From: Bacteroidales bacterium
Lineage (GTDB): Bacteria; Bacteroidota; Bacteroidia; Bacteroidales; P3
Assembly (NCBI GenBank): GCA_017962665.1
Contig: JAGCUU010000001.1
Span: forward strand, 245 to 64,244
DNA length: 64,000 nt
Direction of reading: 5' to 3'
Shown here in pieces: positions 8,901 to 17,547 of the stretch (positions within the stretch are counted from its first letter, which is position 1; the number at the start of each line of letters is the position of its first letter). Made by a program: the position numbers and the translations under genes. Below the pieces are notes generated by a model that saw only the letters and a program-made list of their open reading frames with translations, did no database searches and was not told where the DNA came from.

Positions 8901-9713
8901 TCAAGCCAGATTATAGCTGTCGAAATCCAGATTAAACGGCCAGTGGGAACGGAAAGTAGCGAGACGCGTAATATCGAGCTCGGCGGTAATAATGCGGTCG
9001 AGAGAATTGGTTGAATCGAGCGACGGAGGCAACTCACACAAGGCCAAACCTTTATAATCAACAATGGCGGAGCAGCCAGCATAGTCAATACCGGTACTGT
9101 CGCGTCCTACACGGTTGCAGCCTATGGCATACGAGAGGTTCTCTATTGCTCGGGCACGAAGCAATGTGCGCCAGGCCTCATAACGTGACCCGGGCCAGTT
9201 GGCACAGACCAACAGAATGTCGTAATTCCAGTCTGCGGTATTACGCAGCCAGAGCGGAAAACGCAAGTCGTAGCATACGGCAGGCTTGATACGCCATCCC
9301 CGCCATTCGACGGTGACGCGGTGCCTGCCCCTGCCTATCTGGGAAGCTTCACTGCTCATGCGAAACGTGTGAGCCTTGTCGTACACATCGAAACCACCAT
9401 CCGGACGCACCAGATACATCCGGTTATACACGACACCGCCGACCTTGACCGTCCACGTGCCGACAAACAAGGCATCATATCGCTTAGCCATAGACAATGC
9501 GAATTCGAACGTGGGGCCACAAGGCTCCTCGGCCTGACGCGCCATATGGTCACCAAAGCCAGTATTGAATGTTTCCGGAACAACAAGGATGTCTATAGGA
9601 CTGTCACCGACAGCAGAAGCAAAAGCCTCTTCCACCTTCCTGTAGTTGACCTCAGGGTCTTCCCACACAATATCCTGCTGGTACAGTGCAATGTTTAATT
9701 TTTCTTTTCTCAT
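8901..9713 (-). CDS. Carbon-nitrogen hydrolase family amidohydrolase (YafV/omega-amidase-like)
   Basis: VVPETFNTGF (catalytic Glu block) and CYDLRFPLWLRN (catalytic Cys block). The ORF-track start at 9878 runs through the upstream gene. The ATG at 9713 (MRKEKLNIALYQ) forms an ATGA overlap with the upstream stop. Confidence 0.8.
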   Translation of the reverse strand: MRKEKLNIALYQQDIVWEDPEVNYRKVEEAFASAVGDSPIDILVVPETFNTGFGDHMARQAEEPCGPTFEFALSMAKRYDALFVGTWTVKVGGVVYNRMYLVRPDGGFDVYDKAHTFRMSSEASQIGRGRHRVTVEWRGWRIKPAVCYDLRFPLWLRNTADWNYDILLVCANWPGSRYEAWRTLLRARAIENLSYAIGCNRVGRDSTGIDYAGCSAIVDYKGLALCELPPSLDSTNSLDRIITAELDITRLATFRSHWPFNLDFDSYNLA

Positions 9714-10279
9714 TGGCAGTTGCACACATAGTCCCATCGTTTGCGGGGCGACGGGAGGAGTTCTTCTATTGCCTGTTGGTCGTCCCAACTTAGAGGACAT
9801 ACACGCAAGTCTATTAGTTTCAGCGAATAGTTGAGAGCTACGAAAGATGGAGGGAAAGAGATTACACCGGTGCACCATAGAATCAACTCTTCCAGATTTG
9901 TCAGAGCGGACATGGCATCGGGGAGTTCCAATATGGGATTGCGGCTCAGATTCAGATATTTGAGGTTTCTCAATTCTCCAAGTTCGGGAGGTATTGAGCG
10001 GAGCTTGTTGCGACGGATGTCGAGATTTTCCAGATTGGTGAGCTGGGCGATTTCGGGTGGAATACTGTCAATGAAGTTACGTCCCAAGTCAAGGGTTCGC
10101 AGATTTCGCATGGAAAAAATTTTAGGCGGTATCTGCCGCAACCGTTTATAATTAAGGCGAAGCACATATACCGAGTCAGGATTGCGAACATCCTTCAACG
10201 ACTTGTACACCTTGTCGCGCTGTGCCGCCGCTCCCAGTGCGACAGCAAGCATCATAAGCACTATCAGCGTCTTTTTCAT
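9710..10279 (-). CDS. Secreted leucine-rich repeat protein (eukaryote-like LxxLxLxxNxLxxIPxxI repeats)
   Basis: Signal peptide MKKTLIVLMMLAVALGAAAQ and about five tandem 23-aa LRRs (LRTLDLGRNFIDSIPPEIAQLTNLENLDIRRNKLRSIPPELGEL...). ATGA overlaps at both ends. Confidence 0.8.
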   Translation of the reverse strand: MKKTLIVLMMLAVALGAAAQRDKVYKSLKDVRNPDSVYVLRLNYKRLRQIPPKIFSMRNLRTLDLGRNFIDSIPPEIAQLTNLENLDIRRNKLRSIPPELGELRNLKYLNLSRNPILELPDAMSALTNLEELILWCTGVISFPPSFVALNYSLKLIDLRVCPLSWDDQQAIEELLPSPRKRWDYVCNCQ

Positions 10280-11214
10280 CTCTTTAGTGTATTCATTATT
10301 AGGGACACCTGTTCCCTGTCACGCTTTAACTGTTCGACAAGCATCTGAGGAGTGTCGAAAGCTTCGATATCGCGGAGTCTCGTTACAAATTCGACACGCA
10401 TTCCCTTTCCGTAGAGGTCACCGTTGAAACCAAGTAGATGTACCTCCAAAACGGGATTGTTTTGACGGAAAGTGGGCTGGCTGCCAAGGTTGGCCATGGC
10501 TGGGTATGTGTCACTGTCGAAGTGTACCATTAGCGCATACACTCCTGGCTTGGGCAGAATTTTGTCAGAATCCTCAACCATGACATTTGCGGTAGGAAAT
10601 CCGAGGGTTGTGCCCACATGACGGCCATGGACGACGACGCCGTCGACAGAATAGTTCGCACCCAACATCTTTGCAGCCACAGCCATGTCCCCGTTTTCAA
10701 GACAGTGTCGTATTTTTGTGGAGCTTACCTCAACATCGCCTATGCATACCGCATCGTCAGTAAAAATCTGAAAGCCCTTCTCTTCTGCCAATTCCTGAAG
10801 ATGGCCGAAATCGTTTCTGGCCCTGTTGCCGAACATGTTGTCATAGCCAAGCAGGAGACCTTTCATATTAAGTTTTTCACACAGCACACCGGACGCAAAT
10901 TCACAAGCCGACATCGAGGCAGTATTCTTGTCAAAATCCAACAGAATAATGTTTTCCACACCGCATTGTGCTATTTTTTCAATACGTTCGGCAGTAGTTG
11001 AAAGCATTCGCGGAATATACTCCATGTCCAACACCTGCCTCGGATGGCGTGAGAAAGTGACAACATATGGCGTCAGTCCGTATTGTAACGAGAGCTCAAT
11101 CATACGTCGCAAAAGGTGCCTGTGACCCGCATGGACACCGTCGAACATGCCGACAGTAACCAACGATTCGCCTTCTATAGCAATGATATTATTTATGTTA
11201 CGGACGTTGACCAT
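10276..11214 (-). CDS. ribF: Bifunctional riboflavin kinase / FMN adenylyltransferase
   Basis: GMFDGVHAGH motif and a C-terminal riboflavin kinase block (GFPTAN). The ORF extends to 11232, but a -7 box overlaps that codon, so the ATG at 11214 (MVNVRN) is favoured. Confidence 0.85.
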   Translation of the reverse strand: MVNVRNINNIIAIEGESLVTVGMFDGVHAGHRHLLRRMIELSLQYGLTPYVVTFSRHPRQVLDMEYIPRMLSTTAERIEKIAQCGVENIILLDFDKNTASMSACEFASGVLCEKLNMKGLLLGYDNMFGNRARNDFGHLQELAEEKGFQIFTDDAVCIGDVEVSSTKIRHCLENGDMAVAAKMLGANYSVDGVVVHGRHVGTTLGFPTANVMVEDSDKILPKPGVYALMVHFDSDTYPAMANLGSQPTFRQNNPVLEVHLLGFNGDLYGKGMRVEFVTRLRDIEAFDTPQMLVEQLKRDREQVSLIMNTLKR

Positions 11215-11229
11215 AGTGGAAATAAAGTA

Positions 11230-11237
11230 CAAAAATA
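11230..11237 (-). promoter_or_regulatory. -7 promoter box (TATTTTTG on the minus strand) for the ribF operon
   Basis: Plus-strand CAAAAATA is the reverse complement of TAnnTTTG, 16 nt upstream of the ATG at 11214. Confidence 0.4.
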
Positions 11238-11268
11238 CAAAAAAATTTGTCAGTATAAAAAATAGTTG

Positions 11269-11276
11269 TACTTTTG
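11269..11276 (+). promoter_or_regulatory. -7 promoter box (TACTTTTG) for rpsP
   Basis: Exact TAnnTTTG match 54 nt upstream of the rpsP ATG. Confidence 0.55.
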
Positions 11277-11329
11277 CATTCTCAAAGAAAAATCATTTTT
11301 TTAATTAAAAAACTAAAAAACAATTAATT

Positions 11330-11881
11330 ATGCCTGCAAGAATTAGATTACAACGTCATGGTAAAAAGAATCAGCCTTTTTATCACATCGTCGTAGCGGA
11401 TGGTCGTGCACCTCGTGACGGAAGATTTATCGAGAAGTTAGGCACTTACAATCCGATGACAAACCCCGCAGAGATCGTCCTCAACGAAGAGAGCGCCTGC
11501 GAGTGGATTAAGAAGGGTGCTCAGCCGAGTCCCACATGCCGTCGCATCCTCTCCTACAAGGGTGTCCTTTTGAAACGTCACCTTCAGATTGGTGTCGAAA
11601 AAGGTGCTATCAGCCAGGAGCAGGCCGACGTGAAATTCAACGAGTGGAAGCAAGCAAAAGAGGCCAAGATTGCCAACGCCAAGAGCGAAATTGCAAACAA
11701 TGCCCGCAACGAAGCCAAGAGCCGTCTTGATGCCGAGAAAAAAGCCAACGAGGCTAAAGCTGCCGCTATCGAAGCCAAACGTCGCGCTGCCGCCGAGGCT
11801 GAAGCTGCTGCTCGCGCAGAGGCCGAAGCTACCGCTGAAGGCGAAGCCACCGAGGCTCCCGCTGAGAACACCGAAGCATAA
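11330..11881 (+). CDS. rpsP: 30S ribosomal protein S16 with a long Ala/Glu/Lys-rich C-terminal extension
   Basis: N-terminus [42 protein letters not shown] is canonical S16. The low-complexity tail starts at about aa 95. Confidence 0.95.
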   Translation: MPARIRLQRHGKKNQPFYHIVVADGRAPRDGRFIEKLGTYNPMTNPAEIVLNEESACEWIKKGAQPSPTCRRILSYKGVLLKRHLQIGVEKGAISQEQADVKFNEWKQAKEAKIANAKSEIANNARNEAKSRLDAEKKANEAKAAAIEAKRRAAAEAEAAARAEAEATAEGEATEAPAENTEA

Positions 11882-11903
11882 ACAACTTCGAAACAAAAGA
11901 CAA

Positions 11904-11936
11904 AAAGGACATACAGCGATGTGTGTCCTTTTTTTA
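11904..11936 (+). terminator. Rho-independent terminator/attenuator between rpsP and rimM
   Basis: Stem AGGACA (11906-11911) pairs with TGTCCT (11924-11929), followed by a T-run. Confidence 0.6.
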
Positions 11937-11953
11937 CAACAAATCCTACCATC

Positions 11954-12472
11954 ATGACCCAAGAACAATGCTACCAGCTGGGCAAGATAACCAAATCGTT
12001 CGGTTTCAAAGGACAAGTGATCTTCTTTCTGGATGTTGACACTCCGGAAGACTACGCCTCTCTTGATGCCGTTTTCGTCGAGGTAAAAGGAAACCTTGTC
12101 CCCTATTTTATCAAAGAGATAAACATCAACGGCAACAAGGCCATTGTACGCTTCGAAGATATCTCCGCAGAACAGGCTCTCGCACTTGTAGGATGCAACC
12201 TATTCCTACCCTTGGAGATGCTCCCCAAACTCACAGGAAACAAATTCTACTACCATGAGATTATCGGTTGGAGCGTTATAGACAGCGAAAAAGGCGACAT
12301 AGGAACCATAGCTTCGGTTATCGACTATCCGGCACAGGCCCTCTTCCAAATTATGAAAAATGAGAAAGAAATCCTCGTTCCTATCATCGACCAAGTGATA
12401 AAAAAAGTTGATCGCGAAGAAAAAACAATTTACATCGAGGCACCTAACGGCCTAATAGACCTCTACTTATAA
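11954..12472 (+). CDS. rimM: 16S rRNA processing protein RimM
   Basis: GKITKSFGFKGQV N-terminal block, a PRC-barrel-like C-terminus, and synteny after rpsP. The GTG at 11921 lies inside the terminator stem, so the ATG at 11954 is preferred. Confidence 0.85.
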   Translation: MTQEQCYQLGKITKSFGFKGQVIFFLDVDTPEDYASLDAVFVEVKGNLVPYFIKEININGNKAIVRFEDISAEQALALVGCNLFLPLEMLPKLTGNKFYYHEIIGWSVIDSEKGDIGTIASVIDYPAQALFQIMKNEKEILVPIIDQVIKKVDREEKTIYIEAPNGLIDLYL

Positions 12473-12524
12473 AATATCAACAAATATTGTTAGTTACTTT
12501 TTCCCCTCTAAAAAAAAAAGTACG

Positions 12525-12532
12525 TACCTTTG
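12525..12532 (+). promoter_or_regulatory. -7 promoter box (TACCTTTG)
   Basis: Exact TAnnTTTG match 23 nt upstream of the 12555 ATG. Confidence 0.5.
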
Positions 12533-12554
12533 CATCATCAAAACATTACGAGTT

Positions 12555-12959
12555 ATGGCTACAAACGATCAAACCCCAGAGAAAAAATATTACGATTCTG
12601 AAGAGCTACAGGAATTTAAGGAGATAATACTTGGTAAAATAGAAGAAGCCAAAAAGAACCTCGAACTGCTGAATGCCGCCGTCGCAAATGAAGGCAACGA
12701 TGTCACCGACACATCACCGACATTCAAAGCACTCGAAGAGGGCAACAATGTCCTGTCCAAAGAGGAAAACTCCAAACTTGCCGCACGACAGCAAAAATTC
12801 ATCAAAGACCTCGAGGCTGCACTGATTCGTATCGAGAACAAAACATACGGCATTTGCAAAGTAACCGGCAAGCTCATTCCAAAGGAGAGGCTGCTTGTGG
12901 TGCCACACACCACAATGACCGTTGAGGCAAAAGAAATGCTTGCAAAAAAGAAGAAATAA
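12555..12959 (+). CDS. DksA/TraR family regulator with a degenerate (mostly Cys-less) zinc finger
   Basis: Coiled-coil N-terminus, then YGICKVTGKLIPKERLLVVPHTTMTVE aligning to YGxCxxCGxxIxxxRLxxxPxxxxCxxC, with only one Cys retained. Confidence 0.7.
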   Translation: MATNDQTPEKKYYDSEELQEFKEIILGKIEEAKKNLELLNAAVANEGNDVTDTSPTFKALEEGNNVLSKEENSKLAARQQKFIKDLEAALIRIENKTYGICKVTGKLIPKERLLVVPHTTMTVEAKEMLAKKKK

Positions 12960-13001
12960 TAATTCATCAGCCACACAAACAGCCTGGCTTGACAACAGCA
13001 T

Positions 13002-13029
13002 AAAAACATCCATTTGGATGTTTTTTTTA
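13002..13029. terminator. Bidirectional intrinsic terminator between convergent genes
   Basis: A5-CATCC-ATTT-GGATG-T8: a hairpin flanked by an A-run and a T-run, so it is usable on both strands. Confidence 0.65.
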
Positions 13030-14703
13030 TATACGGGGTATCGCCTCCAGAAGTTTTTTTGTATACGGGGTTTCAGGGTTGCTGTAGAGGCTGTCGGCAT
13101 CGGCCAACTCCACTATTCGGCCTTCCTGCATGACCATAATCCTGTCAGAGAGATAATGCACCACGGAGAGGTCGTGCGATATGAAAATATATGTATAGCC
13201 AAACTGCTCCTTTAAATCATTAAGGAGGTTAAGCACCTGTGCCTGAACAGACACGTCAAGGGCCGACACCGACTCGTCGCACACCACGAGTTCCGGATTG
13301 AGGGCAAGGGCGCGGGCAATGCAGATACGTTGACGCTGGCCACCGGAAAATTCATGCGGATAACGGTCAATCCATTCGGCTCGAAGGCCTACACTATCCA
13401 TCAGCTCGAGGGCCTTTTTCCTGCGTTCGGAGTGGCTCGTGACAATGGAATGGGTTTGGAGCGGCTCCATTATTGTCTGGCCTGCAGTCATACGCGGGTT
13501 CAGAGAGGAATATGGGTCTTGGAATATTATCTGTATACGGGATCGCAACTTACGCAATTCTTTTCGCGACATACAGTCCAGACGTTGCCCATTATACGTT
13601 ATGCTTCCCGACGCCGAATCCACCAGTCGCAGCAGCGCTCTGCCAAGGGTGGTCTTGCCACAACCAGATTCTCCGACAAGCCCAAGAGTCTCTCCCCTGT
13701 AGACATCAAAGCTGATACCGTTGACGGCTTTGAGACTCTTCAAAGTACGCCCGAAAAAGTTTTTTTTCAGAGGATACGAGACGTTGAGGTCGCGGACCAT
13801 TAAGAGAGGCTGCCGTTCCTCGATTGCGGGGCTGCGATCGATATCTTGCGAACCATGGTTGGAAGTATGCTGCTGTGGGTTCAGGAACTGTTCGACCGTA
13901 GGAAGACGGCGCGGACGGCTGTCAAGCGGCGGACGGCATGCCAGAAGCCCACAAGTATACGGATGTGACGGATGATACAAAATGTCTTTTGCCACCCCCT
14001 GTTCCACCACCACACCTCGGTACATCACCATGATTTCGTCTGCAATCTGCGCTATGACACCAAGGTCGTGAGAGATGAAAATGACGGAGATGCTATGTTT
14101 TTGCTGGAGATGACGCAAAAGGTCGAGGATGGTTTTCTGCACAGTCACGTCAAGCGCCGTTGTCGGTTCATCGGCAATCAGTATATCCGGATTGCAAATC
14201 AAAGCCATAGCTATCATCACGCGCTGTTTTTGACCTCCGCTGATCTCGTGCGGGTAGCTATCGAAGATTTTTTCCGGCCTGGGGAGCATCACCCCTTCAA
14301 AGAGACGCAAGGCCCGTTGGCGTGCCTCTTCATATTTGACTTTTTCATGAAGACGAAGCATCTCCACCACCTGGGCTCCGCATTTCTGCACAGGGTTAAG
14401 GGAAGTCATCGGTTCCTGAAAAATCATCGAGATACACTTGCCTCTGATTTCACGAAAGCCTTTCTCGTCAAGACCCAACAACTCAGTACCATTCAACAGA
14501 GCACTACCGCTGACAGAGGCATTTTTAGGGAGCAGCCCCAGCAAAGCCAAGGAACTGACCGACTTGCCAGAGCCCGACTCACCCACAATGCCGAGAGTCC
14601 GGCCTCGCTTCAACGTGTAGCGAACTTTGTCGACAACTGTATGTTCGTCGAAAGCGACAGTCAGGTCACGCACCTGTAATATGACATTCTTTTCGTCCAT
14701 CAT
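13027..14703 (-). CDS. ABC transporter ATP-binding protein with two fused ATPase cassettes (oligopeptide/dipeptide DppD-DppF type)
   Basis: Two Walker A motifs (GESGSGKS, GESGCGKT) and two signature motifs (SGGQKQR, SGGQRQR). Confidence 0.85.
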   Translation of the reverse strand: MMDEKNVILQVRDLTVAFDEHTVVDKVRYTLKRGRTLGIVGESGSGKSVSSLALLGLLPKNASVSGSALLNGTELLGLDEKGFREIRGKCISMIFQEPMTSLNPVQKCGAQVVEMLRLHEKVKYEEARQRALRLFEGVMLPRPEKIFDSYPHEISGGQKQRVMIAMALICNPDILIADEPTTALDVTVQKTILDLLRHLQQKHSISVIFISHDLGVIAQIADEIMVMYRGVVVEQGVAKDILYHPSHPYTCGLLACRPPLDSRPRRLPTVEQFLNPQQHTSNHGSQDIDRSPAIEERQPLLMVRDLNVSYPLKKNFFGRTLKSLKAVNGISFDVYRGETLGLVGESGCGKTTLGRALLRLVDSASGSITYNGQRLDCMSRKELRKLRSRIQIIFQDPYSSLNPRMTAGQTIMEPLQTHSIVTSHSERRKKALELMDSVGLRAEWIDRYPHEFSGGQRQRICIARALALNPELVVCDESVSALDVSVQAQVLNLLNDLKEQFGYTYIFISHDLSVVHYLSDRIMVMQEGRIVELADADSLYSNPETPYTKKLLEAIPRI

Positions 14704-14778
14704 TCATATTGATAACGCTGTTATTACACAAAATAGTGTGTTTTGAGAAAAAATCTGCAGACATTCAAAAAAAATGCG

Positions 14779-14786
14779 TACATTTG
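14779..14786 (+). promoter_or_regulatory. -7 promoter box (TACATTTG) for rocD
   Basis: Exact TAnnTTTG match 48 nt upstream of the ATG. Confidence 0.5.
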
Positions 14787-14833
14787 CACTTCAATAAAGA
14801 AATCATTATATCACAATAAAACACAACATAACT

Positions 14834-16054
14834 ATGACAAAATCAGAACAATTCATGGAAATGGAAGCCAAATACGGCGCCCATAACTATCATCCGCTAC
14901 CCGTAGTTCTTGCCAAAGGCGAAGGTGCTTTTGTATGGGACTGCGAAGGTAAAAGATATTTCGACTTTCTCTCAGCCTACTCAGCCGTCAACCAAGGTCA
15001 CTGCCACCCGAAGATTGTCAAGGCTCTCTGCGACCAGGCTCACGAACTGACCCTCAGCAGCCGCGCTTTCTACAACAACTGCCTCGGCGAATGGGAGAAG
15101 TATGTCACCGAATATTTCGGCTATGAGAAAGTGCTGCCTATGAACAGCGGTGCCGAAGCCGACGAGACCGCCCTGAAGCTTGCCCGCCGTTGGGGTGTCG
15201 TGAAAAAAGGCATCAAGAACGACGAGGTAATGATTGTCTGCTGCGAAGGCAACTTCCACGGTCGTACCATCACCATCATTACCATGAGCAACGATCCCGA
15301 GAGCTACGCCAACTACGGTCCCATGACCCCAGGTTTCATGCGTATCCCTTACAACGATCCAGACGCCCTTGAGAAAGTTCTCAAAGAGCATGGAGACAAG
15401 ATTGCCGGTTTCCTCGTTGAACCCATCCAGGGTGAGGCCGGAGTCTATGTCCCGGACGAGGGCTATCTAAAGAAATGCTATGACATCTGCCACAAATACA
15501 ACGTGCTTTTCATGGCTGACGAAGTTCAGTGCGGTATCGCACGTACCGGCAAGATGCTGGCCTGCGACCACGAAGGCGTACGTCCCGACATCCTCATACT
15601 CGGCAAAGCCCTTGGTGGCGGTGTTGTTCCCGTAAGCTGTGTTCTCGCCGACGACGACATCATGCTGAACATCAAACCCGGCGAGCACGGCTCGACATTC
15701 GGCGGCAATCCCATCGCTGCCAAGGTCAGTATCGCCGCTCTCCAGGTTATCAAAGACGAACACCTGATGGAGAACGCCGACCGCTTAGGTAAAATCTTCC
15801 GCGAAGAGATGAGCAAATTCAACAGCCCAATGATTGAGAAGGTTCGCGGAAAAGGTCTGCTCAACGCCATCATCATAAAGCCTCACAACGGCAAAGAGGC
15901 TTGGGATGTCTGCCTGAAGATGCGCGATATGGGTGTTCTGGCAAAACCGACACACCAGCACATCATCCGCTTCGCTCCTCCTCTTGTCATCACCGAAGAG
16001 CAGCTGCGTGAAGCTATGGAACTGATCAAAAAGGCTATTGCCTCTTTTGAATAA
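14834..16054 (+). CDS. rocD: Ornithine--oxo-acid aminotransferase (class III PLP aminotransferase)
   Basis: N-terminal block [46 protein letters not shown] is characteristic of ornithine aminotransferase. Confidence 0.85.
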   Translation: MTKSEQFMEMEAKYGAHNYHPLPVVLAKGEGAFVWDCEGKRYFDFLSAYSAVNQGHCHPKIVKALCDQAHELTLSSRAFYNNCLGEWEKYVTEYFGYEKVLPMNSGAEADETALKLARRWGVVKKGIKNDEVMIVCCEGNFHGRTITIITMSNDPESYANYGPMTPGFMRIPYNDPDALEKVLKEHGDKIAGFLVEPIQGEAGVYVPDEGYLKKCYDICHKYNVLFMADEVQCGIARTGKMLACDHEGVRPDILILGKALGGGVVPVSCVLADDDIMLNIKPGEHGSTFGGNPIAAKVSIAALQVIKDEHLMENADRLGKIFREEMSKFNSPMIEKVRGKGLLNAIIIKPHNGKEAWDVCLKMRDMGVLAKPTHQHIIRFAPPLVITEEQLREAMELIKKAIASFE

Positions 16055-16075
16055 TATCCATCCAAGTAGATTTCA

Positions 16076-16112
16076 ATAGACAGGTCGTCGCTATGCGGCG
16101 ACCTGTCTATTT
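16076..16112 (+). terminator. Intrinsic terminator-like hairpin after rocD
   Basis: Perfect 12-bp stem ATAGACAGGTCG / CGACCTGTCTAT with an 11-nt loop. The T-tail is weak (TTCAAA). Confidence 0.5.
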
Positions 16113-16148
16113 CAAACGACAAGCCTGGCAAAGAAACACCATCCATCC

Positions 16149-17498
16149 ATGAAAATAATCGCACTATTATTATTGTTTATACCCCTGTTTTTCAATCACG
16201 CAGAGGCACAAGAAAAAGAGCAGACAATGCCGCTACGCGACTATAGAGACGAACAGCTCGACGAGACCGACCCTGTCATATTGAACCGCTTGGACGAATG
16301 GCAAGACCTGAAATTCGGTTTTATGGTACATTGGGGCATATACTCACAATGGGCCACAGTAGAGTCGTGGAGCATCTGCAGCGAGCCATGGATAGACCGC
16401 AAAGACGCACCTTACGATGAATACAAACGACAATACCAGGCCCTAAACAAAACCTTCAACCCCAAGAGGTTCAATCCTGAAAAATGGGCACGGGCGGCGG
16501 CAAATGCCGGCATGAAATATATGGTCTTCACCACCAAGCATCATGACGGCTTCTGCATGTACGCCTCAGACGAGACAACCTATACGTCGGCTCACAGCAG
16601 CTGTCCATTCTTCAAAAACAAATATAGTGACATCACACTTGCCCTGACCAACGCTTTCCGCGAACAGAACATGTGGATTGGTTTCTATTTCTCCAAGCCC
16701 GACTGGCACTGTCCCGACTACTGGGCTCCAGAATGGGCCACCCCCGACCGCAACGTCAACTACAACATTTCCGAAAAACCTGACCGCTGGCGTAAATATT
16801 GCGACTTCACCTATAACCAAATTCGCGAACTCACCCATAACTACGGTGACATCGACATACTCTGGCTCGACGGAGGATGGATCCGTCCCGAATGGAGCGT
16901 CAACGACGAGACTCGCCCATGGCTGGGATGCAGCGGTCAGATTCAGGACATCAACATGCCACGCATTGCAAAGATGGCACGCGAGAACAACCCCGACCTG
17001 CTGATTGTCGATCGTAGCGTGGGAGGCAAATACGAGAACTACCGTACCCCTGAAAAACAAATCCCCGACGAACCTCTCCCCTACCCTTGGGAGACCTGCA
17101 TGACGATGGGGGACAGCTGGTCGTATGTATACAACGACAATTACAAATCAACAAATACCCTTATTCACATGCTTTGCGACATTGTAGCCAAAGGCGGAAA
17201 CCTGCTTCTCAACGTCGGCCCGGATGCCAACGGTGAGATACCGGAGCCCTGTCTGCAACGCATGGAAGAAATTGGAGAATGGATGAAAGCCAACGGCAAC
17301 GCCATCTACAACACACGCCCTCTGAAACCCTATGCCCAGGGACGCATACGCTATACTCAGAGCAAAGACGGCCTGCACCGCTACATCATCTACCTTCTCG
17401 ACGAAGGAGAAGTACCTCCCTCTCGCATCGAGGTTGACGGACTTGTCTACCGCGTAAAGAAAAAAACAAAACATGCAGTAGTGGCTGAAATGTTCTGA
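16149..17498 (+). CDS. Alpha-L-fucosidase, GH29 family (secreted)
   Basis: Signal peptide, then blocks FGFMVHWG, KYMVFTTKHHDGFCMY and WLDGGW. Confidence 0.85.
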   Translation: MKIIALLLLFIPLFFNHAEAQEKEQTMPLRDYRDEQLDETDPVILNRLDEWQDLKFGFMVHWGIYSQWATVESWSICSEPWIDRKDAPYDEYKRQYQALNKTFNPKRFNPEKWARAAANAGMKYMVFTTKHHDGFCMYASDETTYTSAHSSCPFFKNKYSDITLALTNAFREQNMWIGFYFSKPDWHCPDYWAPEWATPDRNVNYNISEKPDRWRKYCDFTYNQIRELTHNYGDIDILWLDGGWIRPEWSVNDETRPWLGCSGQIQDINMPRIAKMARENNPDLLIVDRSVGGKYENYRTPEKQIPDEPLPYPWETCMTMGDSWSYVYNDNYKSTNTLIHMLCDIVAKGGNLLLNVGPDANGEIPEPCLQRMEEIGEWMKANGNAIYNTRPLKPYAQGRIRYTQSKDGLHRYIIYLLDEGEVPPSRIEVDGLVYRVKKKTKHAVVAEMF

Positions 17499-17535
17499 CA
17501 GAAAGATTAGTCCTTCCGGTTTGTGGAAAAAAACG

Positions 17536-17543
17536 TAACTTTG
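17536..17543 (+). promoter_or_regulatory. -7 promoter box (TAACTTTG) immediately upstream of miaB
   Basis: Exact TAnnTTTG match. It ends only 4 nt before the TTG at 17548, which makes that start doubtful. Confidence 0.4.
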
Positions 17544-17547
17544 CAGT

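Noticed and set aside
9714-9878. N-terminal 55-aa extension of the amidohydrolase ORF (ORF-track start at 9878)
   Set aside because: It overlaps the 3' end of the LRR gene in another frame. The conserved C-N hydrolase sequence begins at MRKEKLNIALYQ, which makes an ATGA junction with the upstream stop.
11612-11881. Long Ala/Glu/Lys-rich C-terminal extension of S16, considered as a novelty
   Set aside because: To my knowledge, extended S16 tails are a common feature of Bacteroidota ribosomal protein S16. It is noted in the feature but not unusual.
11438-12016. Several 95-192-aa ORFs overlapping the 3' half of rpsP on both strands
   Set aside because: They are produced by the GCN/GAA-rich low-complexity DNA encoding the S16 Ala/Glu tail. 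They are not independent genes.
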